Source: Candidatus Nanoarchaeia archaeon (GTDB lineage Archaea > Nanobdellota > Nanobdellia > SCGC-AAA011-G17 > GW2011-AR17). Taken from it: a stretch of DNA of 64,000 nucleotides. Shown piece after piece: positions 35,561 to 43,256 of the stretch (positions are counted from its first letter, which is position 1; each line of letters opens with the position of its first letter). A program made the position numbers and the translations under genes. The stretch spans positions 5,137 to 69,136 of the forward strand of contig JAQTVM010000004.1 of the NCBI GenBank assembly GCA_028706745.1, read 5' to 3'. The notes under the pieces were generated by a model. It did no database searches, had not been told where the DNA came from, and saw only the letters and a list, made by a program, of their open reading frames with translations.

Positions 35561-35570
35561 TGCCTGCGCG

Positions 35571-36008
35571 ATGGAAAAGAGGCGTTATTACGTTGATTCA
35601 TGCATTTGGCTGAATCTGTTCAAGAAAGGGGGCGATGCAAGCAGGGGAAAGCCGTATTGGGAGATTGCAGAAGAATTTGTAGAATGGGTAATACATTCAG
35701 CAGACAGCGAGATAATTTATTCAGGCATAGTCCTGAAAGAGATAAAGTTTAAGCTGCCGAGTGAACTGGATTCTAATGAGAAAGAAGCCTACTTGAAAAG
35801 AGAATTTACCCCTGTTAGAGTAACGGAAGAGGATAAGGCATTTGCAAGAAAATTAGAGGCAGAGTCAAACTACCAGATTAGCTTTTATGACTGCATTCAT
35901 ATAGCAATATGCTTCAGATTAGCGCTTATACTGGTTACAAGAGACAAATCTCTGCTGGTTTTTGCAAGAAGATATATTATGGCGGAAAAACCCGAGAACT
36001 TAATCTAA
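35571..36008 (+). CDS. PIN-domain protein (VapC-like)
   Basis: MEKRRYYVDSCIWLNLF... and YDCIHIAICFRLALILVTRDKSL. Paralog of the genes at 42366 and 53074. I chose the ATG at 35571 by alignment with the paralogs. Confidence 0.7.
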   Translation: MEKRRYYVDSCIWLNLFKKGGDASRGKPYWEIAEEFVEWVIHSADSEIIYSGIVLKEIKFKLPSELDSNEKEAYLKREFTPVRVTEEDKAFARKLEAESNYQISFYDCIHIAICFRLALILVTRDKSLLVFARRYIMAEKPENLI

Positions 36009-36257
36009 TAGGCTGTTTATTTTGTCAATATCAAATTTTTCCTTTGACAGCTTCTTTCTTATTGCCCTTATTTCCTTTACAGAATCGCCTGTATTTGGTA
36101 TTATTCCTACCATAGAATGCACTTTCTCGTGTATCAGCTTTCTTATGCCTTCTCTGAACACGTCTGATTTGCTTGCATAATCCCCTGACTCAACCAAAGC
36201 ATCAACCTGCTCCAGTATTGCCTTTGGCAGCCTTACCTGCGCCACGCCCATTGCCAT
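36000..36257 (-). CDS. ribbon-helix-helix (CopG-like) protein
   Basis: VAQVRLPKAILEQVDALVESGDYASKSDVFREGIRKLI is an RHH pattern. Convergent with the PIN gene, with a 9-nt overlap. Confidence 0.7.
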   Translation of the reverse strand: MAMGVAQVRLPKAILEQVDALVESGDYASKSDVFREGIRKLIHEKVHSMVGIIPNTGDSVKEIRAIRKKLSKEKFDIDKINSLLD

Positions 36258-36344
36258 TGTAATACAGATGTAGTACGGGCTGATATATAAGGGTTTCGGC
36301 TCAAATAAAGAAAGCTTTTAAACAAAAGCGTTTCCTTTTTCCCT

Positions 36345-37487
36345 ATGCAAATAATCCAAAAAACACCCTACAAGTCCTACTGCGCGGGCACTCTTCCAAA
36401 AGGCTGCCAGATGTGCGTCAGGGGAGAGAAGGAAGTAATATTCGTTACAGGAGTATGCTCTCGCCAGCCGGCGTGCTATTTCTGCCCGATATCTGACCAG
36501 AAGTATGGCAAGGACGTAATTTACGCAAATGAAATGCCTCTTTCTGACTTGAAAGAGATTATTCACGAGGCAAGGCTGTGTGAAAGCAAGGGCGCAGGGC
36601 TTACCGGGGGAGACCCTCTTTCCCGCTTGGACAGGACACTTGAAATTATTAAGATGCTTAAGAATGAGTTTGGAAATGAGTTTCATATACATCTTTATAC
36701 TCCATTGGAGCTTGTGACTCCTGAAACAATCAGGAAATTGGAAGAGGCAGGGCTTGACGAGATTCGATTTCATCCTTCTTTGGATGATAACTCATTGTGG
36801 GCAAGGATTTCTGTCAAAACAACAATGGCAAAGGGCGTTGAAATACCGGTAATACCCGGAAAAGAGGAGGAAACAAAAAAGCTTATTGATTTCATCAAGG
36901 ATAAAGTGTCTTTCCTGAATCTTAATGAGCTTGAGATATCTGATACGAATGTGAATAAGCTGTACGAGCATAAGTTTGAGGCAAAGAATGACATTTCATA
37001 TGCAGTGAAGGGAAGCGAGGAGATGGCTCTTGAATTAACTCAATATGCTGCAAAAAATACTTCCTTGGATGTCCATTACTGCACTGTTGCATTGAAGGAT
37101 ACTGTTCAATTGCCTAAAAGGATTGCACGCAGGGCAAAGAATGTCAAGCAGAAGTTTGACTTGCTGACAAAAGAGGATACGTTGATTAGGGGTGCTGCTT
37201 ATTTCCTTGAGCCTTCATTCGGGTATAATGAAAAAGTCCGTAATATGGCTGCTGATGAAAGGGAAAGGATTATTTCCAAATTAAATGAGATTATGAATGA
37301 ATTAATTGCAAAGCACAAGGTGAATGCCGACGCAATTGCTGTTGATGATGTTAAATTAAGGCTTTTGATGTCAAGGACTGCTGTGCAGAACCTGAAGAAA
37401 GATTTAAAAGCAAAGGGGCTTTATCCTGCTGTTGTCGAGGACTTGCCCACGTACGACGAGTTTGAGATAGAGTCAGAAGAGATATAA
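36345..37487 (+). CDS. radical SAM domain protein
   Basis: 380 aa. Cys clusters CQMCVRGEK and VCSRQPACYFCP. GLTGGDPL is a SAM-binding-like segment. Confidence 0.7.
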   Translation: MQIIQKTPYKSYCAGTLPKGCQMCVRGEKEVIFVTGVCSRQPACYFCPISDQKYGKDVIYANEMPLSDLKEIIHEARLCESKGAGLTGGDPLSRLDRTLEIIKMLKNEFGNEFHIHLYTPLELVTPETIRKLEEAGLDEIRFHPSLDDNSLWARISVKTTMAKGVEIPVIPGKEEETKKLIDFIKDKVSFLNLNELEISDTNVNKLYEHKFEAKNDISYAVKGSEEMALELTQYAAKNTSLDVHYCTVALKDTVQLPKRIARRAKNVKQKFDLLTKEDTLIRGAAYFLEPSFGYNEKVRNMAADERERIISKLNEIMNELIAKHKVNADAIAVDDVKLRLLMSRTAVQNLKKDLKAKGLYPAVVEDLPTYDEFEIESEEI

Positions 37488-37488
37488 C

Positions 37489-37560
37489 GCGCCGGTGGTT
37501 TAGTGGTTAGAATCTCGGCTTCCCAAGCCGATAACCCGGGTTCGAATCCCGGCCGGCGCA
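37489..37560 (+). tRNA. tRNA-Gly (anticodon CCC)
   Basis: Hand fold. Acceptor GCGCCGG/CCGGCGC, anticodon stem UCGGC/GCCGA with loop UUCCCAA, T arm CCGGG-UUCGAAU-CCCGG, discriminator A. Confidence 0.9.
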
Positions 37561-37650
37561 TCGAGCGGCGGACGGTCTCGAACGATAGTGAGAATACCGG
37601 CCGGCGCATATTCATAAGCAATTAGCAAATTCGTCCTCGCTTACTATGCT

Positions 37651-37923
37651 TCAAGCCCTTGAACTTTCCTTAACTGCGGCATCTACATTCACCTCAAACA
37701 TTGTTACTAATGGCACTTCAGAATTCTCCAATGGAAATTCTTCAAGATAAAGCTCAGTAGCTTCCTTAAGGTTTGCAACAGCTTCCTCTATGGTATTTCC
37801 CTGGCTGGCTGTGCCCACTTCAGGGCATTTTGCCACATATACGCCTTCCTCTTTATGTATAACCGCAGTAAGCGCTTTCATACTGCTTAAGTTGGTTATT
37901 TCTTTTATATATCTATCGCTCAT
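37651..37923 (-). CDS. hicB: HicB-like (UPF0150) antitoxin-family protein
   Basis: LTAVIHKEEGVYVAKCPEVGTASQGNTIEEAVANLKEATELYLEE is the typical HicB N-terminal domain. Confidence 0.65.
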   Translation of the reverse strand: MSDRYIKEITNLSSMKALTAVIHKEEGVYVAKCPEVGTASQGNTIEEAVANLKEATELYLEEFPLENSEVPLVTMFEVNVDAAVKESSRA

Positions 37924-38076
37924 TTTATCATCTCCTTTGCTGGAAAATCATAATGTTTTGCTATTTAAGCTTTCGCCCTGAAAAATGCGTTTTTTCCGTC
38001 GTCAGATAAAAATTTGCATTAATTTTGAAAATAGGCGCATTCTTCCGGAAAAATGCGCAAAAATTCGGAAAGAGGT

Positions 38077-38958
38077 TTATAAAACTCTATCCTGGTTCAA
38101 TTCTTCAAGAAGCTTCTTCTGCTCTTCCTCCTGCTGTATCTCTGCAGGGGTCTTTACTTTTGTTGTGTTGCCTTCAACCCATCCTTCTCTTGCAAACGCC
38201 CTGCAGATTGACTTTGACTTGTCGTCATTCAAAAAGCAGAGGTTGTACCTGTCAATGTCAGATACTGCAATGCTTGTCTTTATCGGAGACCAGCAGGAAA
38301 GCACAATATCCTTGTTTGTCTTTATGACTTCATCAAGAATTCTTTTTGCTTCTGAGATATTGCCTGTATTGCCGTACTCCAGCCCTAAATTAAGATACCT
38401 GCACGGATGCGGGTATAAGTCATACGCCTTTTTTCCGTATTCAAAGCTTTCCTTGTTCCTGTTCATTGTGTAATATGATATTCCCAATACATCAAGGCAG
38501 AATGTGTCGTTTGCTTCTTCCTGTATTATGCTTTCGCATAATTCAGCAGCCCTTCCGTATTCTCTTAAGTTGATGCTTGCGAATGCCAAATCTTTCTGTA
38601 CAGAAGTGTCATTTATTACAAGTTTTTCAAGTATTTCTTTAGCTCCTGAGAAGTTTGAAAGCACTATTGCAGCTTCTGCTTTTTCTTTATTGCTTTCGCT
38701 CCACATAAATACGTGTTCTGCTGATTCTGTTGCTTTTTCTGCTTTAACACCAAGTGTTTTTGCGCAGTCTTCCAATGTTGTTGGCAAGCCGGTAACCACA
38801 AGGCAGTCTTTTATTGCAGACACCTCATTGATTTCCCATTGCTTTAAGTCAGGCTGTCCGGGATATGGCAGCAAGACTATTATTATTGTAAATATGAGGA
38901 TCAAAGTGTATTGTATGAGCCTTGACTGCTTTATCCTGTGCTTGATTCGATGGTACAT
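38077..38958 (-). CDS. membrane-anchored TPR-like protein
   Basis: N-terminal TM helix (LIQYTLILIFTIIIVLL) and repeated helical pairs (GRAAELCESIIQ, GISYYTMNRNKESFEYGKKAYDL, NLGLEYGNTGNISEAKRILDEVI). Confidence 0.5.
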   Translation of the reverse strand: MYHRIKHRIKQSRLIQYTLILIFTIIIVLLPYPGQPDLKQWEINEVSAIKDCLVVTGLPTTLEDCAKTLGVKAEKATESAEHVFMWSESNKEKAEAAIVLSNFSGAKEILEKLVINDTSVQKDLAFASINLREYGRAAELCESIIQEEANDTFCLDVLGISYYTMNRNKESFEYGKKAYDLYPHPCRYLNLGLEYGNTGNISEAKRILDEVIKTNKDIVLSCWSPIKTSIAVSDIDRYNLCFLNDDKSKSICRAFAREGWVEGNTTKVKTPAEIQQEEEQKKLLEELNQDRVL

Positions 38959-38995
38959 CGTAGAATAGTATGTAATAATTGTTTTAAATGGTTTT

Positions 38996-39550
38996 CTATT
39001 TCTTCTTTATAACCGCTGTCTTCAGAATCAATGCATTAGGCACCAAAACAATGTCTTTTTCTTTTGTCTTAATCTTTGTTTCTATCGTATCAATTGAAAC
39101 AACAGTGCCTGTGACAGCTCCAATGCTTACCTTGTCCCCTTCCTTAATTGCTCCCTTGGAATGTATGTAAAACCCTGCAGTGATGTTTGGTATGAAGTCC
39201 TTGAAAGCCAGTATTATGAATATTATAATTATTATCAGCATCACAACAAGTATTATCTGCAGTATTGTGCTTGCAAGCCCCAATACATTTAACGCCCATA
39301 TTATTGTCATGAAGTAAAGCAGGTATTTCAGGATGTTTGATGCAAATTCCTCAAAAGGAATCTTGACTCCCTGCTCTTTTAACACGGCGTTTATCTCAAA
39401 ACTGTGCAAAAGCTTTTTGAAAAGCTTGCTCACTATGATGCTTCCTATTACTCCCAATATGAGAACAACAAGCGCAGCCACTAAATTTATCATGAAAGCT
39501 GACAATGCTTCCGGCCTTGCTATTCCCTGTATATAATCCGTGAATGCCAT
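38996..39550 (-). CDS. small-conductance mechanosensitive channel (MscS family)
   Basis: Three TM helices followed by GDKVSIGAVTGTVVSIDTIETKIKTKEKDIVLVPNALIL (MscS beta domain). Confidence 0.75.
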   Translation of the reverse strand: MAFTDYIQGIARPEALSAFMINLVAALVVLILGVIGSIIVSKLFKKLLHSFEINAVLKEQGVKIPFEEFASNILKYLLYFMTIIWALNVLGLASTILQIILVVMLIIIIIFIILAFKDFIPNITAGFYIHSKGAIKEGDKVSIGAVTGTVVSIDTIETKIKTKEKDIVLVPNALILKTAVIKKK

Positions 39551-39573
39551 ATGTTATTGGTGGGGATTGGTGT

Positions 39574-40347
39574 TTAAAAAGCTTGCTTCTCCGCCTCTTC
39601 CAGAAACTTCTTTCCATGAACCAGCTGCCTTGCATCTTCTATGAGCTTGTCCATTTCATCTGCCTTCTGCGGAATCATTGCCTTGAAGAACATTGACAAA
39701 GGCACTATCTGCGACTCAGAAGCCATTTTCAATAAAACCTTTGGCTCAAATCCCTTTGCCGGCGATATAACTCCTTTAAGTATCAGCATGTTAATCCAGT
39801 CAGTAATCTGCTTTGACATTATTTCGTATTCAACCTCTGCCTCAAATATCTCGCCGTATCTCTCGTGTATCTTTTTTATCATGGCTTTTGGCTCAAGGTT
39901 AAGCTTTGCGGATTCTTCCCAGTCATTATGCTTCATGTCATAAGGGCAGGAGGAGCAGTTAAGCGTGATTGTGCCTGAAGTGATTCCTCTTGCATTTGGC
40001 GGAAACAACCTGCAGATTAGCGGTCTTTTTGCATATATTGAGCAGGCATTGAATTTAAGAAAAGGGCATACATTGTGCGCAAGGGCGTACTGCAGAATAA
40101 TCGCTGTTTTTGAGTTTGTATCATAGACTAATTTATATGGCGTCATCTTCAGCTTAATGCCTTCTTTCTCAGCTTCTTCAGCCATTTCTTTTGCTTCCCA
40201 GTCAAATAAGGTTAATGACGGCTTGCAGCAGTGCAGGATGTATGCTGAGTTGAAGTATCCCGGAAACAAGCCTGCGTCCTCCTCCAGTTGCAGTGTGCTG
40301 CAGCAGTGGGCGCATTTCTGGCACTTGAATTTCTCGTCGAGCTTCAT
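39574..40347 (-). CDS. YkgJ-family Cys-cluster protein
   Basis: The N-terminal FKCQKCAHCCS (CxxCxxCC) is typical of the family. Further Cys residues are spread along the 257 aa. Confidence 0.55.
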   Translation of the reverse strand: MKLDEKFKCQKCAHCCSTLQLEEDAGLFPGYFNSAYILHCCKPSLTLFDWEAKEMAEEAEKEGIKLKMTPYKLVYDTNSKTAIILQYALAHNVCPFLKFNACSIYAKRPLICRLFPPNARGITSGTITLNCSSCPYDMKHNDWEESAKLNLEPKAMIKKIHERYGEIFEAEVEYEIMSKQITDWINMLILKGVISPAKGFEPKVLLKMASESQIVPLSMFFKAMIPQKADEMDKLIEDARQLVHGKKFLEEAEKQAF

Positions 40348-40464
40348 GTTAGCTAGAATGTGTTTTAAAGTATATATACCTTGCGAGTGAAACGAGCGAG
40401 GTTGAGAGCGAAGCGAACATATATATTGCTAATTTTTATAAATACAAAAGCATTCTAAATATGC

Positions 40465-42033
40465 ATGAAACTACCCGCACTAATCCTTCTAGCCGTGCTT
40501 TTTGCTGTTTCTTTTGCAGCAGCCAATGAATACGCAGAGCAGTTGAATGAAGCAATTGAAGATGTAAGGGAAAGAGCTGCTTCCGGAGAGGAGATTGATT
40601 TGGCTGCCTTGGAGCAGAGAAAGGCAGAGGCAATGACAGAGATTGCAGAAAGGGCAAGGGAAACCTGCAGGGAAACCCCAGAGAAATGCTCCTGCGAAGG
40701 AATAGAGGATGCAGATGCAAGGGCAGAGTGCGAAGCTGCATTGCAGGAAGGGCTTGATGAGATGGAGTCTGCAAAGGAAAAGGCGAAACAGTTAAGAGAA
40801 AGAATAATGGCAAAATGCGCTGAGAATTTTGATGAATGTTCGTGCGATGAAATAGATGATGAAAAAGGAAAAGAGGAATGCGAAGCAGCTATTGAGAAGG
40901 CAAAGTACGAGGCAAAAGAGGCAAGGGACAAGGCAATAAGCAGCTGTGTTTCAAATCTTGATGCCTGCGACTGTTCATCTGTTGAAAATGCGCAGGGCAA
41001 GCAGGAATGCGAGGCAGAAAAAGCAAAAGCTCTTGGCTTGAAATCAAAAATAGAGTCAGCGTGCAATGCAGACCCTTCATTATGCTCCTGCTCTGAGATT
41101 GAGAATGATGAAGGAAGAAAGGAATGCGAAAATAAGAGAAAGGAAGCAATCAAGATGGCTGAAGGCGAGGTTTTGGCTGCCCTGAACAAGTGCTTCAATG
41201 ATGTTGATGCCTGCGACTGCAACGCTTTGGAATTGCCAAAGCAGGAATACATTGATTTCTGCGAGGCTGAAAAGAATTACGGCATATCCTGCAGGGACAA
41301 GGGACTGTATTGCGATGAGCTGGAAGAGATGGAATTGACACCTCCGTCACTGCCTTCTTTTTTGCAGCCGATATTCAAGAAGACTTACAAGCAATTGATT
41401 GAAAAAGAAAAGGAAAAGGGGGCAAAAGAAGGCGCAAAGATTATGGAGCAGTGCATATTAAAGCCGTCAGAGTGCGATTGTTCTTTAACTCCTGAGTATG
41501 CGCAAAGCTTTTGCGAGCAGAAAAAGCAGCTGCAATTGAAATGCCTTGCTGACAATTATGATGCGTGCATGGAATTGGATGCAACCCCTGACTTGCCTGA
41601 GGGAATGCCTAAATTCTCTGTAGGGCTTTTCTCAAAAATAGCATCTGCTGCCAAGAAAATTCAAAAGGGAATAGTGCAGTCCCGCGCTGCATCAAAAGTA
41701 GGCGATGCAATAATGGCTTGCATGGATTCTGCAGAATCCTGCGACTGCTCTGTTGCGCCTGAAGGCAGATGGAGGGCATTCTGCGAGCACAAGAAGGAGC
41801 TGATTGGTCAGTGCAGGGGCGAGAAGAATTATGACGCCTGCTTTGCCTTGGATGAGGAGCCTGTAATTACAGAAGATGTGCCTGACGTGATTAAGAATTA
41901 CGTGAACAAGAACATTGTGCCAAAGGTTGATGAGAAGAAGGCTTTGATATATAATGAGATGAAGGCGGGCACAGTGTGCGAGAATGTGGCGACTTTGAAG
42001 GAATGCAGGGAAGTTTATTACAGAAAAGCTTAA
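40465..42033 (+). CDS. secreted protein built of CxC...C(E) repeats
   Basis: Signal peptide MKLPALILLAVLFAVSFAAA. At least 7 units of the type C(S/D)C-x(8-14)-(E/F)CE. Examples: CSCEGIEDADARAECEAA, CSCDEIDDEKGKEECEAA, CDCSSVENAQGKQECEAE, CSCSEIENDEGRKECENK. Confidence 0.65.
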   Translation: MKLPALILLAVLFAVSFAAANEYAEQLNEAIEDVRERAASGEEIDLAALEQRKAEAMTEIAERARETCRETPEKCSCEGIEDADARAECEAALQEGLDEMESAKEKAKQLRERIMAKCAENFDECSCDEIDDEKGKEECEAAIEKAKYEAKEARDKAISSCVSNLDACDCSSVENAQGKQECEAEKAKALGLKSKIESACNADPSLCSCSEIENDEGRKECENKRKEAIKMAEGEVLAALNKCFNDVDACDCNALELPKQEYIDFCEAEKNYGISCRDKGLYCDELEEMELTPPSLPSFLQPIFKKTYKQLIEKEKEKGAKEGAKIMEQCILKPSECDCSLTPEYAQSFCEQKKQLQLKCLADNYDACMELDATPDLPEGMPKFSVGLFSKIASAAKKIQKGIVQSRAASKVGDAIMACMDSAESCDCSVAPEGRWRAFCEHKKELIGQCRGEKNYDACFALDEEPVITEDVPDVIKNYVNKNIVPKVDEKKALIYNEMKAGTVCENVATLKECREVYYRKA

Positions 42034-42062
42034 ATATTACTTTGTATATACTAAGTAATACC

Positions 42063-42374
42063 ATGCAAGTAATAAGCCTAAAGATGGAGGATTCTCTTCT
42101 GGATGAGATAGATGCTTCTTTGGCAAAGCACAGGTATAGCACAAGAACAGAGTTCTTAAGGGATGCAATAAGGTGCAAGCTGACGGATTTTGAGAAAGAG
42201 GAGGCTATAAGGAAGCTGACTGCGATGAAAGGTTTCCTTAAAGGAAAGGCAAGGATGAGCGAAGAGCAGGCAAAGAAGGAGATAGAAGAAGAGCTTCTTA
42301 GCGGCGTGAACAGCAGGAAAGACGATATTGCTTTTGCAAGATTCGCCAAAAAGCTTGGCGCAAAATTAGAATAG
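42063..42374 (+). CDS. ribbon-helix-helix (CopG-like) protein
   Basis: MQVISLKMEDSLLDEIDASLAKHRYSTRTEFLRDAIRCKL. Convergent with the PIN gene, with a 9-nt overlap. Confidence 0.7.
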   Translation: MQVISLKMEDSLLDEIDASLAKHRYSTRTEFLRDAIRCKLTDFEKEEAIRKLTAMKGFLKGKARMSEEQAKKEIEEELLSGVNSRKDDIAFARFAKKLGAKLE

Positions 42375-42779
42375 TTCTTCAGGCAGTTTGATATCAATTC
42401 CGCGGATTAAGAAAAAATGCTTGTCCCTTGTAATAAGCACTGCGGAATTGTCTCTTGCGATTATTGCATGAAGCGCATCGCTTACAGGAATGCCAAGCAT
42501 CTTTGCAGTTAAAATCGCTTCCTTCTTCTGGGATTCCGAGTAAAACACCATTTTCAATAAAATAGCAGGGATATGGGAAACCAGATTCTTGATTTGTACT
42601 TCTGTGTAGAATTTCTTCAGCTCTTTGTGGTTAAGGCTTGATATTAATATTATCCCTTCTTCAGCGATTATTTCATTTATAGCCCTTAATGCCCATTCTC
42701 CCAATGGCCTGAATCTATCCTTTCTGTTTTCGAAATAGTCAATCCAGATGCAGGTGTCCAAATAATACCTCTTTTGCAT
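42366..42779 (-). CDS. PIN-domain protein (VapC-like)
   Basis: MQKRYYLDTCIWIDYF, SDALHAIIARDNSAVLITRDKHF. Confidence 0.75.
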   Translation of the reverse strand: MQKRYYLDTCIWIDYFENRKDRFRPLGEWALRAINEIIAEEGIILISSLNHKELKKFYTEVQIKNLVSHIPAILLKMVFYSESQKKEAILTAKMLGIPVSDALHAIIARDNSAVLITRDKHFFLIRGIDIKLPEELF

Positions 42780-42790
42780 TCTGTGGGCGC

Positions 42791-42842
42791 TTATGCAGAG
42801 GTTATATATAATGGTTTGTCCGGAAAATTGCTCCTTTTTCCG
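42791..42842 (-). promoter_or_regulatory. shared promoter module, copy B
   Basis: ttatgcagaggttatatataatggtttgtccggaaaattgctcctttttccg. The TATA box lies ~25 nt upstream of the PIN ATG at 42779. Confidence 0.5.
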
Positions 42843-42914
42843 ATTTTAATGAAGGATTTGCGGGTTTAAAAAGAAAAGCTGAAAAAGTATGAAGAAAAGA
42901 TGAAAAAAATAATA

Positions 42915-43039
42915 CGCCACGGGTGGGATTTGAACCCACAAACCCTTGCGGGCACTGAATCATTGCGTAAAGCGTGGTGATCATAAGCACTTAGGCGTAC
43001 TTAGCAATCCAGCGCAGTACCAGGTTGTGCCACCGTGGC
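42915..43039 (-). tRNA. tRNA-Ser (anticodon GCU) with ~41-nt intron at the canonical 37/38 position
   Basis: Hand fold. Acceptor GCCACGG/CCGUGGC. Anticodon stem CUGGA/UUCAG with UUGCUA | intron | A. Long variable arm UGCCCGCAAGGGUUU. T arm GUGGG-UUCAAAU-CCCAC. Discriminator G. Confidence 0.85.
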
Positions 43040-43089
43040 ATTTGGCTAATTATAGGCATTAACGTTTATTTATATGCTTTTTGATAGCA

Positions 43090-43235
43090 GAAGGCGGGCC
43101 TTCGGCATGAAGATCGTGGTTAAAGTGTTCGGGCATACGGCGGGTATTGGAACTCTGTTCCAGACCCCGCCGCTACGGCAGGGTTCAGGGGCGCAGCCCC
43201 TGTGGCTTTCCCTACCTCCAAAACCTTAATAAACC
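43090..43235. ncRNA. GC-rich structured intergenic segment; candidate small RNA of unknown class
   Basis: No ORF. Three hairpins: GAAGG-CGGG-CCTTC (43090-43103), CGGCGGG..TGGAAC-TCT-GTTCCA..CCCGCCG (43138-43172) and CAGGGG-CGCAG-CCCCTG (43186-43202). It is clearly more GC-rich than its surroundings. Confidence 0.25.
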
Positions 43236-43256
43236 CTCAATCTACCATCTAAACCC

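Noticed and set aside
37421-37621. 66-aa ORF on the minus strand across tRNA-Gly
   Set aside because: It consists largely of the reverse complement of the tRNA gene.
40455-41252. 265-aa ORF antisense to the Cys-repeat secreted protein
   Set aside because: It is a Ser/Ala/Phe-rich mirror of GAA/GCA/AAG-rich codons. The sense strand has a signal peptide, an SD-like context and a regular repeat architecture.
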